This document shows, one piece after another, positions 26,034 through 34,204 of a DNA stretch of 64,000 nucleotides. The notes beneath the pieces are model-generated. The model was not told where the DNA came from and ran no database searches. It was given only the letters and a program-made list of their open reading frames with translations. The stretch is taken from the sequence record OQ990039; one strand, written 5' to 3'. Every line of letters begins with the position of its first letter. Position 1 is the first letter of the stretch. A program made the position numbers and the translations under genes. Source of the stretch: Escherichia phage SUT_E420.

Positions 26034-26423
26034 ATGGAACAAGTATATTGGCGTCAGATTGACCCTAGTTTGGTGAAACGTGCGGAGAAGCTGCTACAAC
26101 GTTGGTTGGGGGTAAGACAAGCCTCCTTCACTTTTCCTGAGCAGCAAATAGATGATCCATGCATTGGCGTTTTCCTGTCTGGATACGCCAGGGAATGGGA
26201 ACTGGATTGGAATGAGTTGTCTGCTATGGGTTTAATTGTTGCCCTAAATTTCTCTTTGTTCCATCCACGTGGTTTTGCCATATGTCGTGTGCCGGATGAT
26301 GGTTGTTCGCCCCATCTTTTACAGGTGGAAAATGATATTTGGGAGTACACTCCAGATATTCTCAAAGAAGCTAAAGAACAATTAAACCGTGTTGGGATAT
26401 ATGTTCCGGGATTAAATGACTAA
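26034..26423 (+). CDS. hypothetical protein, paralog B (129 aa)
   Basis: Tandem paralog of 25596-26024; ribosome-binding site AAGGAGG. Confidence 0.45.
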   Translation: MEQVYWRQIDPSLVKRAEKLLQRWLGVRQASFTFPEQQIDDPCIGVFLSGYAREWELDWNELSAMGLIVALNFSLFHPRGFAICRVPDDGCSPHLLQVENDIWEYTPDILKEAKEQLNRVGIYVPGLND

Positions 26424-26449
26424 TGATTTTTATTAGCTGAACTCTGATT

Positions 26450-26475
26450 ACCGAGTCATTTTGGCTCGGTTTTAT
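26450..26475 (+). terminator. rho-independent terminator
   Basis: Stem ACCGAG/CTCGGT with 9-nt loop followed by TTTTA; ends the Sir2 operon. Confidence 0.5.
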
Positions 26476-26517
26476 CCGTACTCAAGACCAATGATAGCAC
26501 CATCCGGAAAATTTTAC

Positions 26518-26546
26518 TTGCAGGATGCTCAAAATCTTGATATAAT
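26518..26546 (+). promoter_or_regulatory. sigma70-type early promoter (plus): -35 TTGCAG, 17-bp spacer, -10 TATAAT
   Basis: Followed by the family leader ATTTATATTGAATTGAGAGA; about 500 nt of non-coding leader follow before the next gene. Confidence 0.6.
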
Positions 26547-27045
26547 ATTTATATTGAATTGAGAGATATTAGTAAAAATTGATTTTGCTAATTTTTCTTG
26601 TTTACAATCCGCGATACGGAACAGTTAGGCTGCCCAATTAAGGGTTGTTTTAACTGTTACGTGTTAGTTTTTAAACAAATAGTTAATAGAATACTTAGCG
26701 ATCTGCGTCCCGTAGGAACCCTGGTAAGGCCTCGAAGCAACCTAGATAGAGGTGGTTGTGAAGTGAGACGGGAGGAGTGAAAAACTCCGAGACGTGATTC
26801 TGTAAGTTATATTGCATCTAGTATGAGCTAGTACATGAAGCATTAGGTGAGCAAATCTGGCTTAGCGGCCATCCTCAAGGATTTGTGCGGTATAGCAAAG
26901 CAGCAGCGCAGCGTGAAAGTGGAAGTTGCCACCCCACTTCAGTATTTGCGATTAATTTGTTGAGAAATTGACAGTAACAGTTGTTCTATTCTTTCTGAAT
27001 AGTCCTAAAGAAAACTTATTTCATTTCCAACACAGGAGTATTGTT

Positions 27046-29460
27046 GTGTTCTCAATCCTACAAGGTCATGCAGGATTTCATCGCGATTTAGCCACAGGCA
27101 ATTGGCGAGAAGTTAAAGCAGAAGACTATCTTTTTGCTAAAAGATTTTCCTCAAAGCATCCTGAAGGTAAACCAGCTTCAATGCCCTTCAAGTTTGATGT
27201 AATTGATGAAGTTGATCCTCAAACCCTAGTAGAAATGCTTCCTCTTATGAGACGTTTAACGTCTGACCCTCATATCGTTGCGGTACGAGGTCGATGTCTT
27301 ACACCTAAAAATAATGTGCGACGTAAGAAGGGCAACTTTAATGTATCTAACCCAAGTCATATAATTGCAATGGACGTGGATGGTATTGTAGATACAGGTG
27401 GTTGCAACAAGTTTGATCTTGTTGGCATGGCTCGACATATTATTAGAATGTTAAATAGTATTAGTGAGGATATGTTTCCTCTTGATGCAGGGTTTATCGC
27501 TCATGCATCGTCTTCGGCTGGGCTNNNNNNNNNNNNNNNNNNNNNNNNNNNNNNNNNNNNNNNNNNNNNNNNNNNNNNNNNNNNNNNNNNNNNNNNNNNN
27601 NNNNNNNNNNNNNNNNNNNNNNNNATGTTAAATAGTATTAGTGAGGATATGTTTCCTCTTGATGCAGGGTTTATCGCTCATGCATCGTCTTCGGCTGGGC
27701 TAAAACCAGGTATCCGAATGCACTTAATACTAGAATCTAATGTTAAAGTAACTCAGGGTCAAATCAAATTCTTATTTACATCTATCAACGAAAGTAGTAG
27801 ACAAAAGTATGGCTTTGATATTGCCGACTTAGCTTATTACTCTTCCGTACAGCTCCACTATTTTGCAGATCCGTTATTTACCGATGGTATAGTAGATCCG
27901 TTTAAAGCGGAGGGTGCTTCACGTCTGGTATTTGTTAAGGGTTCTAAAGTAAATTTACCCAATAATCTGGTTGACTATGAAACAACTAGAGGTGAGTTTA
28001 AGGAGGAGTTTTACTCTTTACTCGATCAAATTAAAGGTAAAAAAGCTGCCTCTGATAAAGTAGAGGAAACTATCAGCGAACTAGAAGAAGCTGAGGATGG
28101 AGTGTATCTACGTATCATACCTAAACTCTATCACAGAGCCTTAGAGGATGGTGTTGATTTTGCATGGCTAGAAAAAGAAATCCGTCCAGCCTTATCAGAA
28201 TATATTGCAACTAAAGATAACAGTCGCAATATTCAAGATTACTTTAATAACGGTCGTAAACAGGCTCTGAAAGCATTTGTTAATAATTCTAAACGTGATA
28301 TACCTGATGTTTTAAAGGGTATTCCACTTAAAAAGCTAGAAACTAATTCTCTAGAAACTGATAACTTCTTGAAATTAAATACTGTACCACCAGAAGGTTA
28401 TATGACTTTTGTAAAAGCAAGTCTAGGTACAGGTAAAACTACAGCGGTTGTGCGTTGGTTAGATTCAGGAGTTATTAAAGGTAATTTCTTAGCAATTACC
28501 AATACTAGAGCACTGGTATCTTCAAATGCCAAGAAATTTAGTGCAGGACAATATGATAAGTCTGTAGATATGCTTAATTTTAAGCGGGGTGCTATTGACC
28601 GTATGTCCACAACTATTCACTCTTTGCATAAATTCAAGAGTTTTATTGGTCAAATTGATGCAATCTTTATCGATGAATGTGATGCAGTAATGAATGACCT
28701 ATTATTCGCCCCGGTTGTTAAACAACGTCGCGAGTGTATTCAGGTTCTTCGGGATATTCTTGCAACTGCAAAAATCATTATATTATCTGATGGGGATATT
28801 AGTGCAGAAACAATTGAAGCATATGGTTCTTTGATTGAGTTTGATAAACCAGTAGCATTTTATAACCATCACCGTAAAATGCTATCAAAAGCTCATGCTT
28901 ATGAGTTCCCGGATGAATCCAGTATTTGGGTTGCACTTCAGACTTCTCTAGAGATGGGTGAGAAATCTATCCTAGTATCTGACTGTGGGCCGGATGAACT
29001 GAATGAGAAGGGTATGGCATTGCGTCGTAATACGGGTGCGTTAGTTAAGGAAATCCACTCAAANNNNNNNNNNNNNNNNNNNNNNNNNNNNNNNNNNNNN
29101 NNNNNNNNNNNNNNNNNNNNNNNNNNNNNNNNNNNNNNNNNNNNNNNNNNNNNNNNNNNNNNNGATATTAAGAAGTGTTCAAATGTCACTATCAAACCAT
29201 TCATAGAAGCTCTGAAAGGTAAGAAGAAAGATTTCTTCCTTAAAACAGGTCAGAGTGCTAACCCAAAATATGCCAGAATGTATCTTGGTATGATGGGTAT
29301 TGGTAAGGATATGAACACTGAAAATATTGTAGACTGGTACAGAACCTATTGTAAAATCGAGTGTATGCCAATCCCCTATAAGTTTATGACTGATGAGGAG
29401 AAACATATGCATGATGAAGCAATGGCAGAGCTAGGTGCTAGAAATGACAGTGAAGAATAA
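27046..29460 (+). CDS. large P-loop ATPase/helicase-like replication protein, putative origin-binding protein (interrupted by two gaps)
   Basis: Walker A LGTGKTT and Walker B IFIDECD; start set at GTG 27046 with ribosome-binding site ACAGGAG; gap at 27525-27624 is a duplication artefact, gap at 29064-29163 hides real sequence. Confidence 0.5.
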   Translation: MFSILQGHAGFHRDLATGNWREVKAEDYLFAKRFSSKHPEGKPASMPFKFDVIDEVDPQTLVEMLPLMRRLTSDPHIVAVRGRCLTPKNNVRRKKGNFNVSNPSHIIAMDVDGIVDTGGCNKFDLVGMARHIIRMLNSISEDMFPLDAGFIAHASSSAGXXXXXXXXXXXXXXXXXXXXXXXXXXXXXXXXXXMLNSISEDMFPLDAGFIAHASSSAGLKPGIRMHLILESNVKVTQGQIKFLFTSINESSRQKYGFDIADLAYYSSVQLHYFADPLFTDGIVDPFKAEGASRLVFVKGSKVNLPNNLVDYETTRGEFKEEFYSLLDQIKGKKAASDKVEETISELEEAEDGVYLRIIPKLYHRALEDGVDFAWLEKEIRPALSEYIATKDNSRNIQDYFNNGRKQALKAFVNNSKRDIPDVLKGIPLKKLETNSLETDNFLKLNTVPPEGYMTFVKASLGTGKTTAVVRWLDSGVIKGNFLAITNTRALVSSNAKKFSAGQYDKSVDMLNFKRGAIDRMSTTIHSLHKFKSFIGQIDAIFIDECDAVMNDLLFAPVVKQRRECIQVLRDILATAKIIILSDGDISAETIEAYGSLIEFDKPVAFYNHHRKMLSKAHAYEFPDESSIWVALQTSLEMGEKSILVSDCGPDELNEKGMALRRNTGALVKEIHSXXXXXXXXXXXXXXXXXXXXXXXXXXXXXXXXXXDIKKCSNVTIKPFIEALKGKKKDFFLKTGQSANPKYARMYLGMMGIGKDMNTENIVDWYRTYCKIECMPIPYKFMTDEEKHMHDEAMAELGARNDSEE
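27525..27624. other. assembly gap (100 N) flanked by identical 77-bp copies
   Basis: 27448-27524 is identical to 27625-27701; adds 59 artefactual codons to the ORF. Confidence 0.85.
29064..29163. other. assembly gap (100 N) without flanking duplication
   Basis: Flanks differ, so the true missing length is unknown. Confidence 0.8.
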
Positions 29461-29677
29461 AAAATGGGAAACAAGGAAGTTTCCAGTAAAAGAACGTAAA
29501 GTTCCTGTTTACGACACTTCGGAAAAGCTATGTAGGGTGGTACCGCATAGATTAGCTGGCATCCCTAACATATCCGAGTGGTTACTTAAACAACGGAAAA
29601 CAAACGTGTCTCTTCGTATCGGCTTTGAATTAGATAAAGTCTATGCTGAACTTGCTTCTTTACTCAAGGAATCGTAA
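29435..29677 (+). CDS. hypothetical basic protein (80 aa)
   Basis: ORF overlapping the end of the upstream gene. Confidence 0.3.
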   Translation: MLEMTVKNKKWETRKFPVKERKVPVYDTSEKLCRVVPHRLAGIPNISEWLLKQRKTNVSLRIGFELDKVYAELASLLKES

Positions 29678-29685
29678 AAATTTAT

Positions 29686-29714
29686 TTGCATAGTGCAAAA
29701 AATTTCTGTATAAT
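29686..29714 (+). promoter_or_regulatory. T5 PN25-like early promoter (plus): -35 TTGCAT, 17-bp spacer, -10 TATAAT
   Basis: AAAAATTTATTTGCATAGTGCAAAAAATTTCTGTATAATAGATTCATAAATTTGAGAGAGGAGTTTAAATATG closely matches the classical T5 PN25 promoter and leader as recalled. Confidence 0.8.
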
Positions 29715-29745
29715 AGATTCATAAATTTGAGAGAGGAGTTTAAAT

Positions 29746-30450
29746 ATGGCTGGTTCTCGTAGAAAGAAACATATCCATGAAATCCCGGATGAAGTCTTTA
29801 AAAAGGTTATAGAGCATCTGGAGAACGGTGGTACCAAGAAAGCAGCATGTGAAATGCTCGGCGTATCATCCAATCCAACTATGGAAAGGATGATTGAAGA
29901 ATGGCAAGACCGCCAGATTCAAGTGGCTGAAATGAAGAAAAAGAAACGTGGCACACTCATTGAAGGCATTGAGTTAGCTAACGTTATTGAACAGTATTTG
30001 TCTGGTGATTCTTTTGAAGAAATTGCCGATCGTAATTACCGCTCTGTAGCAATGGTTAAATCTGTTCTGGAACGATATGGTGCTCTGCTTCGTTTGAATG
30101 ATATTGTAGATCCATTGAATCCTCCAATTATTCCTGATGATGCTGTAGCAGAAGAATTTGCAGTTGGTGAGCTTGTTTGGGTTCCTGGATACCAGTGTAT
30201 CGGTGAAATCAAAAAAGCAATGGATAACCCTGTTGGTTGTTACCGTGTATGGCTTCTATCAGAAGGCAAACAACAGAACGTTCATTATATGAATTACGAG
30301 CTGGCTTCTGTTAAACATCTGGAAAAGTTAGGGGTAGACGTAAAATCTCTAGGATATAAGTGGACTCGTGAAGAAATTATTACGTTGATTAACGAAGCTG
30401 TTAAGGCTGCCCTGAAACTTGATAAAGAAAAAGGAAAACGCCGTGAGTAA
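29746..30450 (+). CDS. early protein downstream of PN25, possible HTH DNA-binding protein (234 aa)
   Basis: N-terminus MAGSRRKKHIHEIPDE; helix-turn-helix-like KKAACEMLGVSSNPTMERMIEEW. Confidence 0.6.
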   Translation: MAGSRRKKHIHEIPDEVFKKVIEHLENGGTKKAACEMLGVSSNPTMERMIEEWQDRQIQVAEMKKKKRGTLIEGIELANVIEQYLSGDSFEEIADRNYRSVAMVKSVLERYGALLRLNDIVDPLNPPIIPDDAVAEEFAVGELVWVPGYQCIGEIKKAMDNPVGCYRVWLLSEGKQQNVHYMNYELASVKHLEKLGVDVKSLGYKWTREEIITLINEAVKAALKLDKEKGKRRE

Positions 30451-30694
30451 GCTAACAGATTTGCTTAAAGATGGGGAAGTAAAAACTCTATATCGTAGAA
30501 GCTGGGATAATGACAATAATGGCTTAGTGTTACTAACTTTAGACGCTGACTCAGATGTAGTTACCCAACATACCTGGGTAGCTGGTAATTATCCCTATAG
30601 TGAGGTTGTTACGTTAACAGTATGCGAAGCTATTGCTGACGATTGGGAGATTGCCAGCATTGATGATATGCTTGCTGTTGGCCTGGTGGAGTAA
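30419..30694 (+). CDS. hypothetical protein (91 aa)
   Basis: ORF overlapping the previous gene; an alternative GTG start at about 30446 is possible. Confidence 0.35.
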   Translation: MIKKKENAVSKLTDLLKDGEVKTLYRRSWDNDNNGLVLLTLDADSDVVTQHTWVAGNYPYSEVVTLTVCEAIADDWEIASIDDMLAVGLVE

Positions 30695-30711
30695 CTACAG
30701 AAAAATTTCAG

Positions 30712-30740
30712 TTGCTTAATCCTATAATTCTTGATATAAT
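30712..30740 (+). promoter_or_regulatory. sigma70-type early promoter (plus): -35 TTGCTT, 17-bp spacer, -10 TATAAT
   Basis: Consensus hexamers upstream of gene 30798. Confidence 0.65.
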
Positions 30741-30797
30741 ATTCTCATAGTTTGAAAGAACTATTCTGTTTAATTCTTAATTAAGGAAATATAAAAT

Positions 30798-31208
30798 ATG
30801 ACTACTCCAACTCAGTGGACTGATGAACTGTTCGAAAAAATGTCTTCCGAATACGTTGCTCGTATGGAGCAATTCCCAGAGGATGAACGTCCGGGTGTTA
30901 GCATGGAAATTGTTAGCGAAATTGCTCAGGAAAATGGTGTAACTCCGAACGGTTTTCGTATGAAGTTGACCAAAGCAGGTGTATATATCAAGAAAGCTGC
31001 TGGCTCTGCTTCTAAATCTAGTGCATCTACTGGAGAAAAAGCTTCTGGTGGTTCTCGCACTTCCAAAGCCCAAGCTCATGCCGATCTTCGTTCAGCATTC
31101 TCTGATGCTGGCCTAGCACCAGATTTTCTGGATGATGCAATTATCGACAAACTGACCGGTAAAGCGGCTGCTCATCTGGCAGAAGCAATCCGAGCTATCA
31201 CTAAGTAA
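30798..31208 (+). CDS. hypothetical protein with high-expression codon usage (136 aa)
   Basis: Strong bias to GCT/CGT/CTG/GGT codons; Ser/Ala-rich central linker. Confidence 0.5.
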   Translation: MTTPTQWTDELFEKMSSEYVARMEQFPEDERPGVSMEIVSEIAQENGVTPNGFRMKLTKAGVYIKKAAGSASKSSASTGEKASGGSRTSKAQAHADLRSAFSDAGLAPDFLDDAIIDKLTGKAAAHLAEAIRAITK

Positions 31209-31244
31209 TTTTTAGATAAATCCACCAACAAAAGGAACACAGTT

Positions 31245-31541
31245 ATGACCAAAGCTGAAATTATCGCACAATGTGAAAAATTTGGTGAGTTTTATCTTCA
31301 TTACGAGAAACTTCGTCAGAAAGGAACCACGTACCTTCAGGGTACGATGGAATTTGATCCAGCCCAAGATAAATATCTGGCTGAGCGTATTAAACGTGAA
31401 CGTATTCGTAAAGCGAAAGATGATGAGATCCTTGTCTTCTCTCGTACTAATGATAGCTTCCGTTTTATTCCTGTCGAGAAAGTCCGTCGTGTGACTAGCC
31501 TCCAATCAGAGTTAGATCGTGCTTCTCCAGTAGGCCGATAA
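31245..31541 (+). CDS. hypothetical protein (98 aa)
   Basis: ORF with ribosome-binding site AAAGGAA; followed by a terminator. Confidence 0.45.
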   Translation: MTKAEIIAQCEKFGEFYLHYEKLRQKGTTYLQGTMEFDPAQDKYLAERIKRERIRKAKDDEILVFSRTNDSFRFIPVEKVRRVTSLQSELDRASPVGR

Positions 31542-31550
31542 GAAACCAAT

Positions 31551-31575
31551 TAGCCCCTATATGGGGCTTTTTGTG
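31551..31575 (+). terminator. rho-independent terminator
   Basis: Stem AGCCCC/GGGGCT with loop TATAT followed by TTTTTG. Confidence 0.55.
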
Positions 31576-31591
31576 TATTTGGGATATGTAA

Positions 31592-31900
31592 ATGAGCGAA
31601 CAGGTAAATCAAAACTATGAAGGACACGTTGATGACCAGTCCATCATACTTTGGGAGAAGGAGGGGGAACAAGTAAGATTAACAGTATCTGAATTTCGTG
31701 GGAATCTATACATGGGTATTCGTTACTGGCTTCTTGATATTAATGATGAATGGTTTCCAACGAAATCTGGCTTCTCTTTTCCTTACACCCTAGAAACAAC
31801 ATCACAGCTTTTCTATGCGTTTACACAGATTCTTAGCGAATCTGAGGTTTTACATGAAGTACAGAAACGAGCTGAAGAACTCAAAGCCAAGAATGCCTAG
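31592..31900 (+). CDS. PC4-like ssDNA-binding protein (102 aa)
   Basis: VRLTVSEFRGNLYMGIRYWLLDINDEWFPTKSGFSF resembles the PC4/Sub1 C-terminal ssDNA-binding fold. Confidence 0.45.
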   Translation: MSEQVNQNYEGHVDDQSIILWEKEGEQVRLTVSEFRGNLYMGIRYWLLDINDEWFPTKSGFSFPYTLETTSQLFYAFTQILSESEVLHEVQKRAEELKAKNA

Positions 31901-31917
31901 TTCTTGGCTTTTTCTTT
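31884..31917 (+). terminator. rho-independent terminator (10-bp stem)
   Basis: AAGCCAAGAA/TTCTTGGCTT stem with 7-nt loop, followed by TTTCTTT; overlaps the stop codon of the PC4-like gene. Confidence 0.6.
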
Positions 31918-31927
31918 ATAAATGTAT

Positions 31928-31956
31928 TTGCTTTCAACTCAGTTTTGTTATATAAT
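31928..31956 (+). promoter_or_regulatory. sigma70-type early promoter (plus): -35 TTGCTT, 17-bp spacer, -10 TATAAT
   Basis: Followed by the family leader ATTTATATAAATTAATGAGAGGG. Confidence 0.7.
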
Positions 31957-31986
31957 ATTTATATAAATTAATGAGAGGGTTGCAAA

Positions 31987-32259
31987 GTGAAAAAGATAAG
32001 TATAAGTACACTTAAACCTTTCCCGTACATCGGACAGCCTCTTATACTTATGTGGGAGGGGAAGATTAATGGAGAAAAGTATACTAAAACTAGAAGTGGG
32101 TATAAGCTGATTTCACTTCATTACGAAAAAGAAGTATTAGTAGCTGAAATATACTCTCCGTTGTCAGATAGGCTAGTAAAAACTACATATTTGCATCTTT
32201 GCAAAAATTATACATGGCACGGATCCACTAGACAACCCACATACTATGAGGCAGAATAA
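31987..32259 (+). CDS. hypothetical protein (90 aa, GTG start)
   Basis: GTG start with ribosome-binding site GAGAGGG; directly upstream of the ligase N-terminal ORF. Confidence 0.4.
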   Translation: MKKISISTLKPFPYIGQPLILMWEGKINGEKYTKTRSGYKLISLHYEKEVLVAEIYSPLSDRLVKTTYLHLCKNYTWHGSTRQPTYYEAE

Positions 32260-33231
32260 ATGACCAATGTAAAAGACTTTATTAAACGTTGCCAAGAAGC
32301 ATATTATCAAGGTATGTCTTTAATCTCTGATGAAGAGTATGATTGCCTGGTAAAACGCTTTCCGTTAGAAGAAGAGATCGGACCTAAGGGCGATATTCCA
32401 CATCTGTATCGTATGTATTCTTTACAGAAAGTTTATTATAATCGTGGAGATAAACCTCCGTTTAACCCGTTAGGTCAAGTAGAAACTGATAAGTTAGATG
32501 GTTGTGCAATTTCTCTGTTATATATTAATGGCGAATTTGTTCAAGCACTAACTCGTGGTAATGGTATTCTAGGGAATGATGTCACAAGCAACGTAAGATT
32601 GCTGAATATCCCTAAAAAGATTTCCCAAAAAGTACCTACTCAAATCACTGGTGAAGTTCTAATTACAAAAGAAGTAGAAAATAAACGTAACTTTGCCTCT
32701 GGTGCTATTAACCTCAAAGATAGTGATGATTTTGTACAACGTATCGGAGAAGGTGGTTTAATCTTCGTTGCATATGGTATCCAGTGTTCTGCTGAATCTG
32801 TAGGTATTACAGAAGCATATTTAAAAGATATGCTTTGGCTGGAGAATGAGAACTTCTTAACAGTTGTTAATGTGCGTTCCTTCTTTAAATGGATTCCGAC
32901 GGATGGTAAAGTTGTTCGTATTAATGACAACAACAAATTCTTCCGTGAAGGCTGGACTAATAAATTCCCTCGTGGAGCATTCGCTATTAAAGAGGATGAA
33001 GAAGGCGAGGTTACAACTCTTACTAAAGTTGAATGGCAGGTAGGGGCTTCTGGTAAAGTAACTCCAGTTGGTTATTTCGAACCGGTAATTATTGATGATG
33101 CTACAATTGTTAAAGCGACTCTTAATAACGTTGATTATATTAACTCTCTTGATCTAGAGATCGGTTGCCAGATTCGAGTGATTCGTGCTGGTGGTGTAAT
33201 CCCGTGCATAGTAGAGCGAGTATACGAGTAA
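32260..33231 (+). CDS. NAD-dependent DNA ligase, N-terminal part (adenylation domain)
   Basis: 323 aa; nucleotidyltransferase motif I KLDG (VETDKLDGCAISLLY) and LigA-like Ia region. Confidence 0.7.
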   Translation: MTNVKDFIKRCQEAYYQGMSLISDEEYDCLVKRFPLEEEIGPKGDIPHLYRMYSLQKVYYNRGDKPPFNPLGQVETDKLDGCAISLLYINGEFVQALTRGNGILGNDVTSNVRLLNIPKKISQKVPTQITGEVLITKEVENKRNFASGAINLKDSDDFVQRIGEGGLIFVAYGIQCSAESVGITEAYLKDMLWLENENFLTVVNVRSFFKWIPTDGKVVRINDNNKFFREGWTNKFPRGAFAIKEDEEGEVTTLTKVEWQVGASGKVTPVGYFEPVIIDDATIVKATLNNVDYINSLDLEIGCQIRVIRAGGVIPCIVERVYE

Positions 33232-33282
33232 TACATAACCCTTTGCTACCCATCTACCATATCGGAATTATAAAGTGGTTAT

Positions 33283-33310
33283 TGACATTTTCGCCGCTTA
33301 GGTATATACT
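33283..33310 (+). promoter_or_regulatory. sigma70-type promoter (plus): -35 TTGACA, 16-bp spacer, -10 TATACT
   Basis: In the spacer between the ligase halves; shares TTGACATTTTCGC with the promoter at 4125. Confidence 0.5.
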
Positions 33311-33374
33311 AGTATCATTCAGTTGAGGGATAGAAAGTTATGGCGAGGGTAAGCAAAGTTAGTTAAAATTGTAG

Positions 33375-33403
33375 TTGCTAAATGCTTAAATACTTGCTAT
33401 AAT
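33375..33403 (+). promoter_or_regulatory. sigma70-type early promoter (plus): -35 TTGCTA, 17-bp spacer, -10 TATAAT
   Basis: Directly upstream of the ligase C-terminal ORF with the family leader. Confidence 0.7.
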
Positions 33404-33433
33404 ATTTATATAAATTGATAAGGAAGAAATTTG

Positions 33434-34204
33434 ATGAAAATCGAAATTCCAACACAATGTCCCTCTTGTGGTTCTAAGCTAGATCTTGTCAACGGACAAT
33501 TATTTTGTCGGAATAAGTCCAACTGTCCAGCGCAATCAAGTAAGTTAATTGAGAACTTCTGTACAAAAATGAAGTTAAAGGGTTTTGGTCCAAAAACTAT
33601 TGAGAAGCTGGAGCTGACGAAGATTTCAGAACTATTTTACCTAACCGAAGAAGATTTGGTTAGAGCCGTGGGTAGCAAGGTTGCCGCTAAGTTAATTAGC
33701 GAATTAAATACTAAAGTTCGCGGAGACATTGACTTTGGTTCAGTTCTCGGTTCTTTAGGAATCCCTCTAATTGGAGAGGTTGCAGCAAAGAAATTATCCC
33801 AAAATTGCACTAGCTTCCACGATGTGAAGGCTGACGGCAAGGCTGGAGAAAATTATAAAGCCTGGCTAAATTCCCCACAAGGCAAGGATGTTATCGAATT
33901 ACCGTGGAAATTCTCAACTGGTGCTAAAGCTAAAACCGTCGTTACTGATGATTTAGTTGCCCAGCCAAATGGAATCGCGGTATGTATTACCGGATCTTTG
34001 CAAGACTTTGCAAATCGAACGGATGCAACAAACTATTTAGAAGGTCTAGGATATACGGTTAAGAAATCTGTTACCAAAGACGTCAAATACCTAATCTGTG
34101 AGGATGAATCGAAGCGTTCTTCCTCATCTTATAAGAAAGCCGAAACGAATGGGATAGAAATCCTGTCGATTAAAGAACTATTGGAGAAAAATAATAATGT
34201 CTAA
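33434..34204 (+). CDS. NAD-dependent DNA ligase, C-terminal part (Zn finger, HhH, BRCT)
   Basis: Cys4 Zn finger (CPSCGSKLD...CRNKSNC), helix-hairpin-helix region, BRCT-like C-terminus (IAVCITGSL...YLICED). Confidence 0.7.
   Translation: MKIEIPTQCPSCGSKLDLVNGQLFCRNKSNCPAQSSKLIENFCTKMKLKGFGPKTIEKLELTKISELFYLTEEDLVRAVGSKVAAKLISELNTKVRGDIDFGSVLGSLGIPLIGEVAAKKLSQNCTSFHDVKADGKAGENYKAWLNSPQGKDVIELPWKFSTGAKAKTVVTDDLVAQPNGIAVCITGSLQDFANRTDATNYLEGLGYTVKKSVTKDVKYLICEDESKRSSSSYKKAETNGIEILSIKELLEKNNNV

Noticed and set aside
26598-26780. Track ORF of 60 aa inside the long leader region.
   Set aside because: TTG start, no ribosome-binding site, and it lies in a GC-rich structured segment that looks like RNA structure rather than coding sequence.
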